Part shown: positions 61,154 through 64,000 of the stretch, one piece after another
Layout of the letters: every line of letters begins with the position of its first letter
Numbering within the stretch: position 1 is the stretch's first letter
Assembly (NCBI GenBank): GCA_934130165.1
Contig: CAKOXO010000005.1
Location: forward strand, 6,251 to 70,250
Direction: 5' to 3'
Length of the DNA stretch: 64,000 nt
DNA from: an uncultured Bacilli bacterium
GTDB taxonomy: Bacteria; Bacillota_I; Bacilli_A; RF39; UBA660
Program-made: the position numbers and the translations under genes
The notes under the pieces: generated by a model
What the model was told of the DNA's origin: nothing
Seen by the model: the letters and a program-made list of their open reading frames with translations, nothing else
Database searches by the model: none

Positions 61154-63778
61154 TTATTTTTTACTTTTAATTGCTGCTTGAGCTGCTGCTAATCTAGCAA
61201 CAGGAATTCTATATGGAGAAGCTGAAACATAGGTTAAACCTATCTTATGACAAAATTCAATTGATTTAGGATCTCCTCCATGTTCACCACATATACCTAA
61301 ACTAATATCTGGTCTACTCTTCTTTCCTAAAAGCACACCTAATTGTATTAGCCTACCAACACCATGTTGATCAATTGTTGCAAAAGGATCACTTTCAAAT
61401 ATGTTTTTAGCATAGTAATCTTTTAAGAATTTCGATGCATCATCCCTTGAAAAGCCGTAAGTCAATTGAGTTAAATCATTAGTACCAAAACTAAAGAATT
61501 CAGCCTCTTTTGCTATTTCATCAGCAATAGTTACAGCTCTTGGTATTTCAATCATTGTACCAACTTTGTATTTTAATGAGCTATTATTATCTTTTATTAT
61601 CTTATCAGCTGTTGTTGTAATAACTTTTTTTACATATTTCAACTCATTTATATCTCCAATTAATGGAATCATTATTTCAGGAGTAACACTTAATCCTTCC
61701 TTTTCTACATTAATTGCTGCTTCTATTACAGCTTTAGTTTGCATTACAGCAATTTCCGGATATGTTACATCTAATCTACATCCACGATGTCCCATCATTG
61801 GATTAAACTCTTTTAATGAATTAACTTTTTCCTTAAGAGAAGCAAAACTTATATTTAAAGAATTTGCTAGTACATCTATTTCTTGATCTGTATGTGGCAA
61901 GAACTCATGTAATGGTGGATCTAAGAATCTGATTGTAACCTCGTAACCATCCATAGCCCTAAATAATCCCTCAAAGTCTTTCCTTTGAAATGGTAATATT
62001 TCTTCTAATGCACTTATTCTAGCTTCCCTTCCAGTTGCACAAATCATCTTCCTAAAACTAAATAATCTGATAGGTTCAAAGAACATATGCTCTGTACGAC
62101 ATAGTCCGATTCCTTCAGCTCCAAACTTACGTGCTTTAATAGCATCTTTTGGAGTATCAGCATTAGTTCTAACTCCTAATACTTTAACCTCATCTGCCCA
62201 TGACATGAACGTTTTAAAATCTCCTGAAATTTCAGCTTCAACAGTAGTAATTTTTTCTCCATAAACATTTCCTGTTGTTCCGTCAAAACTCATATAACTT
62301 CCTTCATGAAACTCTAAATTATCTTTTGTTCTTAATATTTTATTAGCTTCATCTATTATTAAATCACTGCATCCAGAAACACAACAAGTTCCCATCCCAC
62401 GAGCAACTACTGCTGCATGAGAAGTCATTCCACCTCTAACGGTTAAGATACCATGGGCTACAGTCATTCCTTCAATATCTTCAGGTGATGTTTCAAGTCT
62501 AACTAATAATACATCTTTCTCTCCTTGTTCATATGCCTTCTTAGCATCACTTGCTGTAAAATATATTTTACCTGTTGCTGCTCCAGGAGATGCTGCTAAA
62601 CCATGAGCAATCACTTTTTTTGAATTTAATTCGTCCTTATCAAATGTAGGATGAAGCAATTGATCAAGTTGCTTAGCCTCAACTCTTAATAAAGCTTCTT
62701 CTTTAGTAATTTTACCCTCATTTACTAAGTCAACAGCTATTTTGATTGCAGCTTGAGCAGTTCTTTTTCCATTTCTAGTTTGTAACATAAATAATTTACT
62801 ATTTTCTATAGTAAATTCCATATCTTGCATATCTTTATAATGATCTTCTAAAATTTTACAGATTCTTTCAAATTCAAAATAACAATCTGGCATTACCTCT
62901 TTTAATGTATCAATAGATTGTGGAGTTCTAATTCCCGCTACAACATCTTCTCCTTGAGCATTAATTAGATATTCACCAAATAATTTTTTCTCACCTGTTG
63001 CTGGATTTCTAGTAAAAGCAACTCCAGTTCCAGAGTTATTTCCCATATTTCCATATACCATTTCTTGAACATTAACTGCAGTTCCCCAACTATCAGGTAT
63101 TTCATTTAACTTTCTATAAGTAATTGCTCTTTCATTATTCCAACTTCTAAATACAGCTTTAACGGCTTCTATTAATTGAATTTTTGGATCTTGTGGGAAT
63201 TCTACATTGGCATGTTTAAAATACTGACTTTTATAAATTTGAACAACCTCTTTCAAATCATCTGCAGTAAGTTCAGTATCACTATTAACATGTTTTGCCT
63301 CTTTGATTTTATCAAATAAATGTTCAAAATCACTTTTAGGAAATCCCATAACGACATCTGCAAACATCTGAATAAATCTTCTATATGAATCATAAACAAA
63401 TCTAGGATGATTAGTAATTTGACTAAAACTTTCAGCTACTTGGTCATTCATACCTAAATTTAGAACCGTATCCATCATACCAGGCATAGATGCTCTAGCA
63501 CCACTTCTAACAGACACTAATAAAGGATTAGTTCTATCTCCTAATTTTTTACCTGTAATACTTTCTAATTCACGTAATTTTTCATATATTTCATTTATAA
63601 TATCATTACTTAACGATTTATTATTTTCATAGTAGCTTGTACAAGCAAGAGTTGACACTGTAAATCCTCTTGGAACAGGTAAACCTAATTCGGTCATCTC
63701 TGCCAAATTAGCACCCTTTCCACCTAGGATTTCTCGCATATCTTTATTTCCTTCTCTAAATGAATAAACGTATTTCAT
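61154..63778 (-). CDS. ppdK: pyruvate, phosphate dikinase
   Basis: 874 aa. ATP-grasp N-terminus, phosphohistidine domain (GGMTSHAAVVARGMG) and a C-terminal PEP-utilising TIM barrel (GICGE...). RBS GGAGA. Confidence 0.95.
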   Translation of the reverse strand: MKYVYSFREGNKDMREILGGKGANLAEMTELGLPVPRGFTVSTLACTSYYENNKSLSNDIINEIYEKLRELESITGKKLGDRTNPLLVSVRSGARASMPGMMDTVLNLGMNDQVAESFSQITNHPRFVYDSYRRFIQMFADVVMGFPKSDFEHLFDKIKEAKHVNSDTELTADDLKEVVQIYKSQYFKHANVEFPQDPKIQLIEAVKAVFRSWNNERAITYRKLNEIPDSWGTAVNVQEMVYGNMGNNSGTGVAFTRNPATGEKKLFGEYLINAQGEDVVAGIRTPQSIDTLKEVMPDCYFEFERICKILEDHYKDMQDMEFTIENSKLFMLQTRNGKRTAQAAIKIAVDLVNEGKITKEEALLRVEAKQLDQLLHPTFDKDELNSKKVIAHGLAASPGAATGKIYFTASDAKKAYEQGEKDVLLVRLETSPEDIEGMTVAHGILTVRGGMTSHAAVVARGMGTCCVSGCSDLIIDEANKILRTKDNLEFHEGSYMSFDGTTGNVYGEKITTVEAEISGDFKTFMSWADEVKVLGVRTNADTPKDAIKARKFGAEGIGLCRTEHMFFEPIRLFSFRKMICATGREARISALEEILPFQRKDFEGLFRAMDGYEVTIRFLDPPLHEFLPHTDQEIDVLANSLNISFASLKEKVNSLKEFNPMMGHRGCRLDVTYPEIAVMQTKAVIEAAINVEKEGLSVTPEIMIPLIGDINELKYVKKVITTTADKIIKDNNSSLKYKVGTMIEIPRAVTIADEIAKEAEFFSFGTNDLTQLTYGFSRDDASKFLKDYYAKNIFESDPFATIDQHGVGRLIQLGVLLGKKSRPDISLGICGEHGGDPKSIEFCHKIGLTYVSASPYRIPVARLAAAQAAIKSKK

Positions 63779-63807
63779 ATCAATTTCTCCTTTTTATTCT
63801 TTATATA

Positions 63808-64000
63808 TTAGTTTTTACTATTTTTTAATTTTTCATAATAACATCTAGGACAAAGTGAATCATAAGTAACAATACCACCCTCATCTATTGCTACTTGGGA
63901 ACCAGAAAAAGTAAAACGTCCATTAACTTTACGACAATTAAATATAGCTTTTCTACCACACTCACAAATCGTTTTCAATTCTTCTATTGAATGGGCAATT
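63808..64000 (-). CDS. tdk: thymidine kinase, C-terminal part (gene continues beyond window end)
   Basis: The minus-strand translation ...ELKTICECGRKAIFNCRKVNGRFTFSGSQVAIDEGGIVTYDSLCPRCYYEKL-stop shows the zinc-ribbon CxxC...CxxC C-terminus of TK. Confidence 0.85.
   Translation of the reverse strand, partial: IAHSIEELKTICECGRKAIFNCRKVNGRFTFSGSQVAIDEGGIVTYDSLCPRCYYEKLKNSKN

Overview
This is a very AT-rich segment (roughly 28% GC) of a low-GC, spore-forming Firmicutes chromosome that reads in the standard bacterial genetic code (Clostridia- or Erysipelotrichia-like). Most of it is conserved housekeeping: parC (5' truncated), the heat-shock operon hrcA-grpE-dnaK-(pepF)-dnaJ with two CIRCE operators, rnhC, cvpA, yigZ, an AI-2E transporter, alaS, holA, uvrC, mutL, miaA, mutS, nusB, xseA, xseB, mnmA, xerD, deoB, rarA, yneF, tkt, pfkB, ppdK and tdk (3' part). 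Sporulation-linked genes are scattered among them: spoIVB, spoIIM, a sirA-like gene, a SpoIID/LytB-domain protein, a 5x LysM protein, a NodB deacetylase and a DUF1540 protein. Local gene order matches B. subtilis at spoIIM...xerD-deoB and at tkt-sirA-yneF. The part that looks accessory is a minus-strand, tRNA-associated island at about 53.0-60.0 kb. It carries tRNA-Met(CAT) and tRNA-Leu(TAG), a degenerate second copy of the tRNA-Leu 3' end with a conserved terminator that together bracket a 2.2 kb two-gene cassette of unknown function, more unknown genes (one with a RelE/ParE-like C-terminus, one a Cys-rich membrane protein), and a 650 nt non-coding stretch. A second candidate novel module is a two-gene insertion at 33.8-36.6 kb, sitting where B. 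subtilis has ispA-dxs-argR-recN between xseB and spoIVB. Other points of note are two paralogous prepilin-like genes with no pilus machinery nearby, a Cys/His-rich N-terminal extension on GrpE, tandem P-loop kinase genes, and an unannotated 28-codon hydrophobic peptide gene with a strong RBS. No CRISPR array, rRNA or obvious transposase/integrase was found.
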